The notes: generated from the letters alone by a model not told the origin. A stretch of DNA of 64,000 nt from an uncultured virus (IMG/VR IMGVR_UViG_3300037504_000366) (IMGVR_UViG_3300037504_000366); one strand, 5' to 3'; positions 38,956-49,555 are shown, counted from the stretch's first letter. A program made the numbers and translations.

Positions 38956-39744
38956 TTGTTAACTGTTTTTCTCAATGACTTTCACTGCGGCCATATGTGT
39001 GGCGTGATGCCAGAGGGATTCTTGCTCTCGACTGGGCAGATAGCACCTCTAAATGATGGCCAAAAATACCTAAACGAGATAATAGCATACGCCCTGGATG
39101 GTTTACCAGACGAGATCGACCATCTTATACTGGATGGGGATATGGTCGAGGGGCCTCAAAAGAAAGACAGGGGCCTGGAGTTAATGGAGACTAACCTCAA
39201 TAACCAGGCACGTGCGGCTGTGGCTGCTGTTAAGCCGTTCGCAGACCGGGCAAAGGAGATAACCGTAGTTTCCGGCACGGCATACCACACCGGCCTCGGA
39301 GGCACCTACGAGGATATGATGGGAGAGAGACTAGGTGCAAAGGCGTTTGGTGCGGGCTTTGTGACACCCTGGTACAAAGAGGCTCACAGCAGCGGCGTAT
39401 ACTATGACGTGGCCCACAAGCAATCTTACACCAAGGCCAGGAAAGGCTCCCCCCTGGAACGTGAGCTTTCTTACATGTACGAGAGACTGGCAAGAAAGGG
39501 GGCAGAGATACCAAAGTACATTATAATGGCTAGAGCGCACGTTCACTTTGGTCTTAAGATCCATCAAGAGTGGAGGGCGATCAGCGTCTCGCTGCCGCCT
39601 ATGAAACTATCGGATTCGTACGGCAAGTCGGGTGTAAGCCCGAACCGTACCGAGCCCGAGAATCTTGGGATCTATGGCGTGCATTTTGATGAGGGAAAAT
39701 TCGAACATTTGATGTTCCTTGCGGAACACCCAGAGGAGTTCTAA
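38956..39744 (+). CDS. Calcineurin-like metallophosphoesterase
   Basis: DFHCG, GDMVEG, GTAYH, AHVH motifs. Confidence 0.8.
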   Translation: MLTVFLNDFHCGHMCGVMPEGFLLSTGQIAPLNDGQKYLNEIIAYALDGLPDEIDHLILDGDMVEGPQKKDRGLELMETNLNNQARAAVAAVKPFADRAKEITVVSGTAYHTGLGGTYEDMMGERLGAKAFGAGFVTPWYKEAHSSGVYYDVAHKQSYTKARKGSPLERELSYMYERLARKGAEIPKYIIMARAHVHFGLKIHQEWRAISVSLPPMKLSDSYGKSGVSPNRTEPENLGIYGVHFDEGKFEHLMFLAEHPEEF

Positions 39745-39745
39745 G

Positions 39746-40003
39746 ATGGCGGGACAACCTACACCAGATTTTACAATGAATGAGTTGCGCTCACAGTTTG
39801 ATCTACCTGAGGTCGTCGAGCCAGAAGCTGCTTTCACAAAGACGGAGTGGGCTGCGCGTATTGGCGTTAGCAGAGACAAAGCCAGAAGGCTCATCGATGA
39901 AAAGATGAAATCCGGCGAGATGGTAAAGGTGTCTGTGTACCGCGAGTCTGTCGGCGGTTATGCAGACGCATATCAATTAGTGGAGGTGAAAGATGGAGAT
40001 TAG
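39746..40003 (+). CDS. Small HTH-like DNA-binding protein
   Basis: TKTEWAARIGVSRDKARRLI; SD GAGGAG. Confidence 0.55.
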   Translation: MAGQPTPDFTMNELRSQFDLPEVVEPEAAFTKTEWAARIGVSRDKARRLIDEKMKSGEMVKVSVYRESVGGYADAYQLVEVKDGD

Positions 40004-40281
40004 TGTTCTTTTAACGGTTCTGTTTGGAGTTGTTCAGCCCCGTCTGGTGCAGCTAATGAGACGGTATCTAGGTGAGAATCTTAACCGTAATGACCTTGTG
40101 GTTCAGGCTGTAGTCCTGGTTTCGTCTGCTGCGTTGGCCGTGTTGGCTTTGGCATTGTCTGGCGATCTTGCCTGGAATGGCGATATCGTTGCATTCGCAG
40201 GTGTGATATACACCCTGTCGAATGTTGTCTACAAGAAATGGCAAGACTACTGGGATTCCCTTCTGCCGCAGAAGGTGCGCT
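39994..40281 (+). CDS. Holin-like membrane protein (ORF track 39993..40283)
   Basis: Three hydrophobic segments, basic C-terminus, strong SD GGAGGTG, last gene of the + arm. Confidence 0.6.
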
Positions 40282-40302
40282 AGTCACGCACTATCCCACA
40301 GC

Positions 40303-40338
40303 AAAAACGGGGTAGGCTTGGGCAGCCTACCCCGTCTT
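40303..40338. terminator. Intrinsic terminator at the convergence of both arms
   Basis: 12-bp stem ACGGGGTAGGCT (40307-40318) / AGCCTACCCCGT (40324-40335); the left A-run gives a U-tract on the - strand. Confidence 0.85.
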
Positions 40339-40377
40339 GACTACCTCTACACACCACTGGTCACGTCGAGCGATAGA

Positions 40378-40605
40378 TCATCGCAAATTCTCAATAGCCA
40401 CCCCTGTCATTGAGCCCCTCACTGTGTGCGCCGACTGGCTCACTTGTAGATCCCCCCTCAGCAAAGAGATAAGCCCGTCTACAACCTCGTTTGGTACGGT
40501 TAGTGTACCGCACGTGGTTAGCACATCCCCCTTGTATAGTACGTTCATAGTTGTGTGATGGTCATTACATTTGATGACCTGTGTCTTGAAACTGCTACTC
40601 ATCAT
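40378..40605 (-). CDS. Hypothetical protein
   Basis: Overlaps the recA stop; ends before the terminator. Confidence 0.5.
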   Translation of the reverse strand: MMSSSFKTQVIKCNDHHTTMNVLYKGDVLTTCGTLTVPNEVVDGLISLLRGDLQVSQSAHTVRGSMTGVAIENLR

Positions 40606-41647
40606 CTACCCTCTCTGCACCGCCCACGTCTGTGGCAGTGCGCTCGTAATATTCGTTGCGCTGCTTTGTGATTTGCTCTATGATCCTTATTGAGATCCTG
40701 TCTCGTATATCCTTGTCGTATCTCATAGCCTCGTACAGGGCCTTTTTGCCCTGCCAGGCCAGCTCTTCCTCTTCCCACTTGTACCACGCACCAGCGCTCT
40801 CGAGAACACCGGTTGCCAGCCCGGCAAACCGGATATCCTCGCCTGGGTCAGGACCATAGCCCCAGAACAAGTTGATTTCCCCACTTTCGGACGGTGGGCT
40901 GATAGAGCTCTTCTTAGTTCTGGCCCTTACCACGATACCTACCTCTCTACCATTCAACTTTAAGGTGGCACCCCTTTTAACGTGTACCATCAGTGAGGCA
41001 CTGTGTCTGGCAGATCGGCCACCTGGCGGCTTTGTTGGCGTCCCTCTTGGCGCCCAACCGCCAATATCCTCTCTGACCTGATTGATGAAAACCAGCGCCG
41101 TCTCTGACCCGGACAGTATCGGGGTAATGGTCTTGATGTTCTGGCTCAAAAACCGCGCCAGTGCACCAACGAACATATCACCAGGGCTAGAGGCGTCCAG
41201 CTCGGCCTCGGTCGGCAATGCTGCAACGCTATCAAGAACCACCAGCCCTGCGCCGCCATCTATCGATTCGCGCACCGCCCTAATTGCCTCGGTGGCACCT
41301 GTGGGCTTTAACAAAGTAACGTTGTCAGAGTTGCCGCCACCGGCCTTGACAAATCTCTCAAAGTATGGCGGTAAGATCTTTTGCTCAACATCTATGTAGA
41401 CGACCTCTTCTTGCTTGGAAGCAGCAGCAGCGGCTACCATCGCTAAGCTGCTCTTTCCGCCTGCCTCGGGGCCGTACAAGTGTGTGTACAGCCCCCTTGG
41501 GAACCCTGGTGTCATCGTGACACAGTTGAGCGTCAGACACCCAGTTGGCACCCATCCCACATCAGGCGGCTTTTGCCCGAGATTGACAAATTGCCGCTCC
41601 CCCCACTCTTTGGATAGCTTCCTCAGTCTATCTTGTAGGCTCGACAT
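40595..41647 (-). CDS. recA: RecA/UvsX-family recombinase
   Basis: GPEAGGKS, YIDVE, VVLDSVAAL, FINQVRE, PGG, AGAWY motifs. Confidence 0.92.
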   Translation of the reverse strand: MSSLQDRLRKLSKEWGERQFVNLGQKPPDVGWVPTGCLTLNCVTMTPGFPRGLYTHLYGPEAGGKSSLAMVAAAAASKQEEVVYIDVEQKILPPYFERFVKAGGGNSDNVTLLKPTGATEAIRAVRESIDGGAGLVVLDSVAALPTEAELDASSPGDMFVGALARFLSQNIKTITPILSGSETALVFINQVREDIGGWAPRGTPTKPPGGRSARHSASLMVHVKRGATLKLNGREVGIVVRARTKKSSISPPSESGEINLFWGYGPDPGEDIRFAGLATGVLESAGAWYKWEEEELAWQGKKALYEAMRYDKDIRDRISIRIIEQITKQRNEYYERTATDVGGAERVDDE

Positions 41648-42409
41648 CTACTCGCGCTCCGCCACAAAGCTCTCGACTGCCTCGGCGATCTTGCGACTTG
41701 GCCACCCATCATCACGCAGGTCAACTGGGACCGTACCATACTTGTCATCAGCCAGAGATCTAAATATCTCGTGCTTGTCCTTGGCCGTGAACTTGACCGT
41801 GGTCTTCCCTCTCCTGAGCGTCATCGGCTGGGTCAGCACCGTGCGCCTCCCTTTCTCGCCACTCTTGACGTGGAGAATCCAGGCGAACTGCCTGGGTAGC
41901 ATAGCGCTCAGGCTGCCCTGTACGCTGTACGTTGCCTCGGCCACTGGTGAATCATCGCTCTGCTTTGTGCGCACGTGTGCGTTTATTATTACTGTAGTGG
42001 GTACATTGAACCACTTGTACATCAATGGTTGCATATATGTTAGCAGATCCCCCCAGTCGCTCTGTTGCATCTTTGTGCGAGACCCAGTGAGAATCTTGAA
42101 TATCTTAATCCCATCCTGGACGGGGTCGATCGTGTCTAACACGACAGTGGCAACATCGACCTCTCCAACCTGATCGTGGCTAAATCTGACTGTTCTGGTT
42201 TTCTCGTCGTATGGGGACCTGATGATCTGGTCAAAGATCTTTTCTACATCCTTGAGTATGTTTGCTGTTACTGGGACTTTGATCCTATTGACTTGACCTG
42301 GGTGAGCACTTGCCGCACCGTCCTCGGTGTCAATAAAAAGGGGTTTGCGGAACGTTCCTGCCAACCGGGTTTTGCCGGTGCCCGGATCACCGATGAATGA
42401 TCCTATCAC
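41648..42409 (-). CDS. Phage AAA ATPase (Sak4/AAA_24-like)
   Basis: GDPGTGKT, LFIDTEDG, VVLDTI, DWG, INAH; GTG 42409 after AAGGAG. Confidence 0.8.
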   Translation of the reverse strand: MIGSFIGDPGTGKTRLAGTFRKPLFIDTEDGAASAHPGQVNRIKVPVTANILKDVEKIFDQIIRSPYDEKTRTVRFSHDQVGEVDVATVVLDTIDPVQDGIKIFKILTGSRTKMQQSDWGDLLTYMQPLMYKWFNVPTTVIINAHVRTKQSDDSPVAEATYSVQGSLSAMLPRQFAWILHVKSGEKGRRTVLTQPMTLRRGKTTVKFTAKDKHEIFRSLADDKYGTVPVDLRDDGWPSRKIAEAVESFVAERE

Positions 42410-42458
42410 TTGTATATACTCCTTACCCAATGCGGGTTTAATTTTATACAGTGGCAGG

Positions 42459-42487
42459 ATTATACCATCATCTCATGACTGAGTCAA
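42459..42487 (-). promoter_or_regulatory. sigma70-type promoter for the ATPase-recA genes
   Basis: Minus strand TTGACT, 17 nt, TATAAT with extended -10 TG. Confidence 0.8.
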
Positions 42488-42695
42488 GTTGTCCATTGCG
42501 GTAAATGGACAAATGTGGTCAATTGCGCGATGACAACAGTAAGTGAGCAAGTGCATCCCATATGGATCGGTGTCGTAACCCAGTCTGTATGCCACCACAA
42601 CCCGCGCGTTGCCCATCCCCTCACCCAGTAGCTCTTCAGACGAGATAACTCTTTACGGAGAGATAGATTTAACGCCGGTATCAGTATCCCTGTCA

Positions 42696-43607
42696 TTACC
42701 AGTACCTCCTTATCAACATATCGAGATTGAGCTCGATCAGAAACGATTCTGCGGCAGATCTGTCTGGTTTGTGTGGCAACGATGTGGGCAGAGACATCAA
42801 GTAATCCTTGAGCCCCTCTGCTGTTGCCACAACCTCATCGAACTCTAAATGGCCATTGAGAATACGCAGAAACTCGGACCTCTGCCTTAATGGTAAAGTA
42901 AGATGCCCCGTAGACAGGAGTTCCTCGGCCTCCCACTTGAGCCTGTATAGATGAGCCGCGTGCTTGGTATCATAGCCGTGCTTGCGCTCAAGCTCTGCTC
43001 TAGCGGGGTTGCGGTTCTCGCGCCAAACTCTGTAGTTACTCCACTCTCTGCGCCGGTTATCGTATGCGTTCTTTAACTGGCTGTTGGTCCACTTGGATGA
43101 ACCGTCGCTCCCATCCACGAGTCCATAGTCGTACGGATCTGGCTCTGTCGGCGGATCATCCAGCCATCTCTTGTGCCGCAAGATGCGGCTCAATTGCGAG
43201 TACGCATACCCGGCATATGTGTGGATGATCTTTTGAGACAAGAAAATATCTTTGGCCTCCAGAATCTTGCGCCATATATTTGACTCGTACAAGATCGCCT
43301 CGTCGGGCGCAAATAGGAGCTCTATGATATTAGGGTTAGCATCCAAGCATAGCTTGAAAAACTTGTTTATCCCGTACACCTGCACATCGTCTGAATCAAC
43401 GCCAAACTCTTGTTTCGACCATATTCTGGCACCCCGTGGGCCTGGGTGAAACTGATCGAATCCTGTGAGGCCCAACATAGCCTTGACTGGCATTAGGCAG
43501 ACGCCACGAATATCAATGTCCGATTGTGCGCGGGTCGTACCATACATGTGGCTACCGGCCAGAGTGGCGAATATCAATCCCTGCTTTCTATTCCATATCT
43601 CTTTCAT
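42696..43607 (-). CDS. Pol-beta-superfamily nucleotidyltransferase
   Basis: AGSHMYGT...SDIDIRGV, NPNIIELL, YDTKHAAHLYRL; ATG 43607 overlaps the upstream stop. Confidence 0.85.
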   Translation of the reverse strand: MKEIWNRKQGLIFATLAGSHMYGTTRAQSDIDIRGVCLMPVKAMLGLTGFDQFHPGPRGARIWSKQEFGVDSDDVQVYGINKFFKLCLDANPNIIELLFAPDEAILYESNIWRKILEAKDIFLSQKIIHTYAGYAYSQLSRILRHKRWLDDPPTEPDPYDYGLVDGSDGSSKWTNSQLKNAYDNRRREWSNYRVWRENRNPARAELERKHGYDTKHAAHLYRLKWEAEELLSTGHLTLPLRQRSEFLRILNGHLEFDEVVATAEGLKDYLMSLPTSLPHKPDRSAAESFLIELNLDMLIRRYW

Positions 43608-43765
43608 TTCGTTATACTCAACCCCGCATTTGCAAGAGCCATCACGATGTACAGCGGCCATAGCTTGAGGAACAACTGCGTCATAGTAAGCTCCGGGTTG
43701 CTTAGGGCATACCCTATGCAGTACAGACCGACAGCCAGCGCTCCCAGCGCTACGATAGTCCTCAT
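43604..43765 (-). CDS. Small membrane protein
   Basis: Two hydrophobic helices from MRTIVALG; ATGA overlaps at both ends. Confidence 0.6.
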   Translation of the reverse strand: MRTIVALGALAVGLYCIGYALSNPELTMTQLFLKLWPLYIVMALANAGLSITK

Positions 43766-43916
43766 CTCTTTATCCTCCCGTGCTCGTCTAGATCCACGTG
43801 CTCCCATCTTTCGACGGTATCGCCTAGTTTCAGTTCCCTCTCGCAACCCGGACAGCTTCTGGACGAGAACATCATCTCGTTCTCTGTTGTCCCGCAATGA
43901 ATGCAGGTAACCATCT

Positions 43917-44609
43917 TTACTCTAGCCATTCCTTTAACTCCCACTTATCGAATACATCGAGCAGTCCCTCTGTTCTTATGCGGTTGAATATTCTTGGGGG
44001 GATATCAGTAACATAGGTGCAGTAATCAGTTACTAACCCCCTGTCGTTGAAAGCATGATCTATTCCCAATGCCTTAAGTAGCTCTACGGCTTTATCTTGC
44101 CCGTAGGCGCTTTTCATTCCCTCGATTGCCTCACGCACCTCGTCCTCTATCGCGCACGTGTGTGCTGATACCCAGTCTCTGTAGACCGGGAACACTCCCT
44201 CGATCAGGCCCTTAATCACATCATCCGGCTCTGGCTCGACTTGCATACTCTTGTAGTACCGCGCCAGTTCATCCAAATCTGTGACGTATTCATCCTCTGC
44301 CATATCATCGCGGCGCTCGTCGTGACGGCACTCCTCTGTGCAGTGATAGATACACCCACACTCTCTGCACTTTGCCATCTCTCCTATCCACCGTTCTGCT
44401 ACTGCCTTGTATGTCCCGTCTATTACCTGCGTGGTTAGGTTGACCCCGCCCCAAGATAGCCAGCTACCATCAGTCACTCTCTCCCAATACTGCTCTGGGA
44501 ATAACGACGATAAAAGATCCTCAGCCCAAGTCTCTGCGTCTGTGTGTAGATCTAGCCACCATTGCAGAGTCTCTAGCGTGGCATCGTAAACCTCTTCTGG
44601 AGTGATCAT
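43917..44609 (-). CDS. Hypothetical protein
   Basis: 230-aa ORF with CRECGC...C; ATGA overlap. Confidence 0.6.
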   Translation of the reverse strand: MITPEEVYDATLETLQWWLDLHTDAETWAEDLLSSLFPEQYWERVTDGSWLSWGGVNLTTQVIDGTYKAVAERWIGEMAKCRECGCIYHCTEECRHDERRDDMAEDEYVTDLDELARYYKSMQVEPEPDDVIKGLIEGVFPVYRDWVSAHTCAIEDEVREAIEGMKSAYGQDKAVELLKALGIDHAFNDRGLVTDYCTYVTDIPPRIFNRIRTEGLLDVFDKWELKEWLE

Positions 44610-45238
44610 ACAAGCTCCCCTAGCTCCATCGTGGGCAGATCAACAGTGATACCATTGTACATTCTTGTAAACGCTGCCGGATGTGATCTCTGCCACCTCT
44701 CGACTGTCTCCTCTGTTGGCATTAGATCGCTGCCGGTGACGATCTGTAGATACTGGAATGGGTCTTGTTCCATTGACCCTCTGATCGAGATGAATCTGTT
44801 AGATATCTCTTTGTGCCACTCGACCACAGCCTCTAGTCCTATTGTAACTTTCTTTAACATGACCGTTGCCGTCAAGAACCCCTCTGTTTGCCCGTACCAC
44901 ATGTGGCAAGAGTGGTGACTGGCCACGCAGTTCTCGACTGTGAAAATGTGATCCTGTCTGTCCTTAGGAATTACGCCCCTTTTGATTATAGCCTCGTGGA
45001 CATCCCAGGCTCCAGTGAACTTTATTTCTCCGAGGCACCACGGGCATCGTGGTCTAGGCTCTCTATTGAACCTGTGCGAGGCGTAGACCCTCGCCCTTGT
45101 CTGACTTGTGGCCATCGTATTTGGCCCCCTTTCACCTTGAACATCATTTTTATTAGCACCACCTGTGCCCCACAGTCTGGGCAAATAGATATACTCGCCG
45201 TCTCGATTATTGGTAGCCCGGTCGGATCGCATTTGCAC
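44606..45238 (-). CDS. HNH-like nuclease-fold protein (start uncertain)
   Basis: CPWC...DVHEAIIKRG...ENCVASHHSCH. Confidence 0.55.
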   Translation of the reverse strand: MQMRSDRATNNRDGEYIYLPRLWGTGGANKNDVQGERGPNTMATSQTRARVYASHRFNREPRPRCPWCLGEIKFTGAWDVHEAIIKRGVIPKDRQDHIFTVENCVASHHSCHMWYGQTEGFLTATVMLKKVTIGLEAVVEWHKEISNRFISIRGSMEQDPFQYLQIVTGSDLMPTEETVERWQRSHPAAFTRMYNGITVDLPTMELGELV

Positions 45239-45403
45239 ACACCAATGTATACGCTCCCATCCCAGTCTGACCTAGCTACTACCGCTACCGCACTAGCTAG
45301 ACTGGGCGGGACTAGATGTGGCCACTTGGTGCCAAGCCGCATAGCTTGCATCAAGATATCTATGTACCTCGATGCAAGCCCGTCTTTCGACTCTCTAAAT
45401 CTT

Positions 45404-46225
45404 TCAATCATACTCCAGTCCCTCAGTAAAGGGACCGTCCCCCAATTGAGATTCCCAACAAAGATTCCAGTATTCACAGTTTGGGACGCGGTGGTTGCGT
45501 CCAGCCTTTTTGGTACACTGCCACCCGCTGAACGGGTCTTTTAATTTCTGCGGCAGAAGCGGACTGTGCAGCTCCTCCTGTAACGGTGCCATATAGTCGA
45601 CCAGATGCTCGCCGGGACGACCGCCGTTTTTCATCTCTCTGTCTATATATCCCTCGTAGTGCAGGCCTTTATCCGACTCCCACACCCGAAACTCCGCATC
45701 GTGGTGCCAGGATCTATAAAAGATATACGTAGGAACCTCAAGCCCCCACGCCTCCTTCATCATTCTGCCGTAGGCAATTGCTTGTAGCATATGAGACGTG
45801 TATGGCAGAGCTCCACGACGAAAGTTGTACGTGTGGGTGGACTTGTGCTCCACGATAGCCCCGCTGGGGAACTCGCCGCAGTACCCTATCAAGATATCAA
45901 TTTCTGCCGCCCAGTTACCGAACCATATTGGCACACCGTGGAATACAACCGGGAATCTGCTCTTTAGAGCTAGGTACGTGTCGTGCTCATTTAGGACGCC
46001 AGTCCTCATCCTGAGGAGCGCTTCTTTATCAAAGCGCTCCATCTCGCTGGGCTTGAATGCCCGTGGATCATCAGTTCCCTCAAGCACATTGAGGATCTGG
46101 CGGCGTTTGCAGTATGTCATGCCAGAAGCCGATAGTCTCGGTCTGACAAAGTGGTGTCTGTCGTACCAGTCGCTGAGTTCCTGCTCTTCTCTAAGCCACG
46201 ATTCGACCGCATTGGAAAATATCAT
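45404..46225 (-). CDS. Cas4/AddB-like PD-(D/E)xK exonuclease
   Basis: LSAS...CKRR, G...H, EIDIL, IVEHKS, QAIAY, C-terminal C...CEYWNLC. Confidence 0.8.
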   Translation of the reverse strand: MIFSNAVESWLREEQELSDWYDRHHFVRPRLSASGMTYCKRRQILNVLEGTDDPRAFKPSEMERFDKEALLRMRTGVLNEHDTYLALKSRFPVVFHGVPIWFGNWAAEIDILIGYCGEFPSGAIVEHKSTHTYNFRRGALPYTSHMLQAIAYGRMMKEAWGLEVPTYIFYRSWHHDAEFRVWESDKGLHYEGYIDREMKNGGRPGEHLVDYMAPLQEELHSPLLPQKLKDPFSGWQCTKKAGRNHRVPNCEYWNLCWESQLGDGPFTEGLEYD

Positions 46226-46653
46226 TAAGCCCTCCTTATTGTGCTACTAGTAGCTGCTGTTTCCAGATAGCCCACCTGGCCCTCCAGATCGGATCTCCAG
46301 AACACGTAAGTGTCTGTTACAAATGCGTAGCTAGAGGCACTATTTACCTCTAGAGATGTCTGCCTGGTGTCTAGCAATTCCTTGTATCTCTCCTCGCTGA
46401 TTGGCACAACCGGGCTAGCCCCCAGCTTTTCAAGCTCGGCGTCACTAATGCCCTTGACCCAGTTAACATCAGCGTACATTTGCACAGCATACACATCACC
46501 ACACTCTGCTTTCAGGTTGTGCATCTGCCCCATTACATTCTTGTATTTGAGCGCGTCCTGGGCGCTCACCTCAACGATGGCTGCGTCCGGTTCATTGAAC
46601 TGGCATCCGTGCATATAACAGCGCACAAGAAAGAAATTACTCATCGCTGTCAC
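46225..46653 (-). CDS. Hypothetical protein
   Basis: Packed ORF in the - arm. Confidence 0.55.
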   Translation of the reverse strand: MTAMSNFFLVRCYMHGCQFNEPDAAIVEVSAQDALKYKNVMGQMHNLKAECGDVYAVQMYADVNWVKGISDAELEKLGASPVVPISEERYKELLDTRQTSLEVNSASSYAFVTDTYVFWRSDLEGQVGYLETAATSSTIRRA

Positions 46654-46805
46654 TCTCGTTTAGTGCTGCCTGGTAGCGCCAGGTATCTGCTATCGTTTGT
46701 GCTTCTGCGGCAGAAGCCATATCGCCCTCCTCGACTGCCTCCTCGGCAGCCGTTTGGGCAGCATCGCTTGCCGCTCTTGCGAAATCACTGTAGTTGTTGT
46801 TCTCC

Positions 46806-47102
46806 TCACTCACTTGATCCCTCCGTAAGTATATCCCCTGACTCAAGGTTTTGCCATTCGTCAATGATCCTATTGTGCGCTGACCTCATTACTGGGTCAT
46901 TCCACTTGTGTGGATTGTAATTCACGGTCACCTCGTGCCCGAGGTGGACAAGAAATACAAAGTCGCCTGCAAAGCCAGAGTCCTGTAGTGCCTCACAATG
47001 GCCCCGGACTCTCAGGGCCATCACATTCATCTTGCTACCGTAAGCATAAACCTCAAAGAACTTTAGGCCTATTCTTTGCGCTGGTTCAGATGACAGTTTC
47101 AC
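46806..47102 (-). CDS. Hypothetical protein
   Basis: GTGA overlap with the DUF932 gene. Confidence 0.55.
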   Translation of the reverse strand: MKLSSEPAQRIGLKFFEVYAYGSKMNVMALRVRGHCEALQDSGFAGDFVFLVHLGHEVTVNYNPHKWNDPVMRSAHNRIIDEWQNLESGDILTEGSSE

Positions 47103-48067
47103 TTGTCTCTGACCTCCCGTAGCAGAATGTTGATCGCCTTTTGCTTTGCATCAGCGCCGGAGCCAAACCAAGTCCGGTTGAGCCGGTCTGTGCCACCACG
47201 TGTGGGCCACTCGTGATCGACATACTCGATGTACGAGTTAAGCAATCCCCACGCTGTCCCTCTCATGCCGGGCAAGTTGTTGGTATCGGACCCAAGCCAC
47301 AGCATCTCAACTCGCTCTCTCTTCTTCTTGGTTTGGGCACTTGTCTTGTCACCACGCTTCTCTGGCCCGCTAGGCAGTACCTTGCGCAGGAACCGCTTGA
47401 GCAAAGCGCTGTCTACTTGCACAGATGCTAGCTTGCCAGCGATTCCCCTTAGTGCATTGACCCTCTTTGTGGCAAGCCCCAATGCCTTGTGAGCCATCTT
47501 GAGCTCGTACTGAATGCTAGGCCTGTGGTACAGCCTAACCTCAGTACCAAGACCCAGCAAGCTCATACCAAGCGTATTCCAGCACACAACCCTAATGGGT
47601 GTGGACTTGATCACGATCGGCAAGCTGCCATCGTGCGAGCTTGCCAGCAGGACATAGTTGTCCACCCGGTCATCTTTGACGCCCTCGACCCAGAACCCAG
47701 AGCCGAGCTTTGCTAGAACCCACACAACCCGGCCACCCAATAGGGCGCCAGCGGTATGATAAATGGCCTCGCCCTCTTCGACCACAGGGTCAAAGAACGT
47801 GAATAGCTCCTTGTTCTCCACAATGCTGTACCGATCAGACACAATACCCAGGACGTCGCGGGTATCATCTCTAACTGTCGCCATATAGCCCGGTAGCGGC
47901 ACCCCACCAACCTCCACATCTGCCCCATATACACCCCAATCTAGGCCAGCGGCTACGATAGCCTCACTGGCCGTTAGGGTCTTGTTGACAACCACGCCCT
48001 TGCCGTGCCAGGGCGGGTTCCTGAACGAAAACATCGATTGAACCTCGTCACTCATGTTGCCCTCCAT
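47099..48067 (-). CDS. DUF932-family phage/plasmid protein
   Basis: PWHGKG, AGLDW, VLGIVSDRYSIVEN, SHDGS, TPIRVVCWNTL, GTAWGLLN. Confidence 0.85.
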   Translation of the reverse strand: MEGNMSDEVQSMFSFRNPPWHGKGVVVNKTLTASEAIVAAGLDWGVYGADVEVGGVPLPGYMATVRDDTRDVLGIVSDRYSIVENKELFTFFDPVVEEGEAIYHTAGALLGGRVVWVLAKLGSGFWVEGVKDDRVDNYVLLASSHDGSLPIVIKSTPIRVVCWNTLGMSLLGLGTEVRLYHRPSIQYELKMAHKALGLATKRVNALRGIAGKLASVQVDSALLKRFLRKVLPSGPEKRGDKTSAQTKKKRERVEMLWLGSDTNNLPGMRGTAWGLLNSYIEYVDHEWPTRGGTDRLNRTWFGSGADAKQKAINILLREVRDK

Positions 48068-48427
48068 TCCATATCTGGAACTTTGTGTTTAGACCTGTAT
48101 ACTCTAATCGCCCCATCCGCCGTAGGCGACCATATTTTATCGATGGGATACAAGCGTAGTCTGGGCGTGTGGTTGGTTTCACTGAACGCCTCGCGCACAT
48201 CAATGTACTCTTTGTCCTCTGGCCAGGGTTCGTGTACCACCTGAACAGTCCATATCCTGGCGTGCCTAAAGTACCCGTCGGCAAAGGCCTGCATCATACC
48301 CTTAACGTTGCTGGTAGGCGATGGTATCTTGTATATTATATGTCTGTGGTGCATCAGCCAGTGCTCTCTGTTGTTCATCGAGTACACAATCTTTAGTCCT
48401 GCGACAGACTTTCCCTCCACCTCTATC

Positions 48428-48790
48428 CTACGAGCCATTCTGGCCACCATCCCAAAATGGTATATCGGTCCCTTTCCAGAAATGTCGGCCCGGCTCTACA
48501 AGGCACCAGTCGCCATCCGGGATCTGGTCCGAAGTGACATAAAGCTCTTTGTAATTGACACGCCACTCGCAGTGGAAGGCGATGATCAGCTCACGGGCCA
48601 TATCGAACCAGGCATTGATCTCGCGCCTGATCCAGTTTGGAGCCCGGTCCAATAGCGGGTCGTCCAAGACCCGGCCTTGCTGGCCCAACATCCAGGAGTA
48701 GTCCTTTTTCTCATTGATCATCCTGGCAACGACGCCAAGCACTTGGGCTCTCTTTGCATTTTTGATTCTGATAGATCGCTCCAGTCTCAT
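48428..48790 (-). CDS. Hypothetical protein
   Basis: ATGA overlap with the upstream gene. Confidence 0.55.
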   Translation of the reverse strand: MRLERSIRIKNAKRAQVLGVVARMINEKKDYSWMLGQQGRVLDDPLLDRAPNWIRREINAWFDMARELIIAFHCEWRVNYKELYVTSDQIPDGDWCLVEPGRHFWKGTDIPFWDGGQNGS

Positions 48791-49176
48791 ATATCACCTA
48801 CCCTCTCTGTCAGTTTAACGCCGGTCACGAGTATGGTTCCGGCTGGCATTGGATAGTCATCTGGCTGATGTACATTGCGCTTCCAAACACTCCACCAGTC
48901 CTCTAGCTCTTCTCGCGTACCGTTGATAACGTTAAAGCCGCCCACGTATGGAAATGGATCGTCGACTATGCCTTGGACATCACACTCCCATATCTCCAGA
49001 CCCCTGGTCTGCGCAAATGCATCAATGGCGTGGGCAATGCTGTCGAAAACGAACAAATATCCAATATCAGGATATTCCCATTCCCCAACCCTGTATGATA
49101 TCCGGTGATTTGTAACGCCTGCTGCTGATCTCAACACATCGTCATAACAGACTGTCACAACTTTATAATATTTCAC
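48787..49176 (-). CDS. Hypothetical protein (paralog of 49163-49555)
   Basis: YYKVV...GYLFVFD...IWECDV.G...P.GT.LV..VKL. Confidence 0.65.
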   Translation of the reverse strand: MKYYKVVTVCYDDVLRSAAGVTNHRISYRVGEWEYPDIGYLFVFDSIAHAIDAFAQTRGLEIWECDVQGIVDDPFPYVGGFNVINGTREELEDWWSVWKRNVHQPDDYPMPAGTILVTGVKLTERVGDI

Positions 49177-49555
49177 AATGCACCTTCCTCACTAGCTTGA
49201 CCTTTTCAACCAGCACAGATCCCTTTGGTATCGGGAACGGAAGGATTCCATCCAAGCTCTCGCCCTCCCAGAATCTTTTGAGTCCCTCGATACTTGTGGC
49301 TGTGTGGAAATCAGCGATCCAGGCATGTGAGCTATCCTGCACGCCTCTAACATAGCACTCCCAGAGTTCTGTTCCGCACTGATTCAACAGAGACGGATAC
49401 AGATCACGGGCGTCTTGCTCGTTGTCGAACACAAAAAGATACCCTACTGGCGCGGTGGCCCAGTGGTCAGTGCTATACACCACCTCTGTCTCTTTACCGA
49501 AGACGCCCGAACTGACTAATTTCTCGCCATTATTGAACACTACTTTGTAGTGCAT
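49163..49555 (-). CDS. Hypothetical protein (paralog of 48787-49176)
   Basis: HYKVV...GYLFVFD...LWECYV.G...P.GS.LV..VKL. Confidence 0.65.
   Translation of the reverse strand: MHYKVVFNNGEKLVSSGVFGKETEVVYSTDHWATAPVGYLFVFDNEQDARDLYPSLLNQCGTELWECYVRGVQDSSHAWIADFHTATSIEGLKRFWEGESLDGILPFPIPKGSVLVEKVKLVRKVHCEIL

Noticed and set aside
45404..46225. Cas4-like gene as part of a CRISPR-Cas system
   Set aside because: No cas1/cas2 or array; solo Cas4-like nucleases are common phage recombination genes
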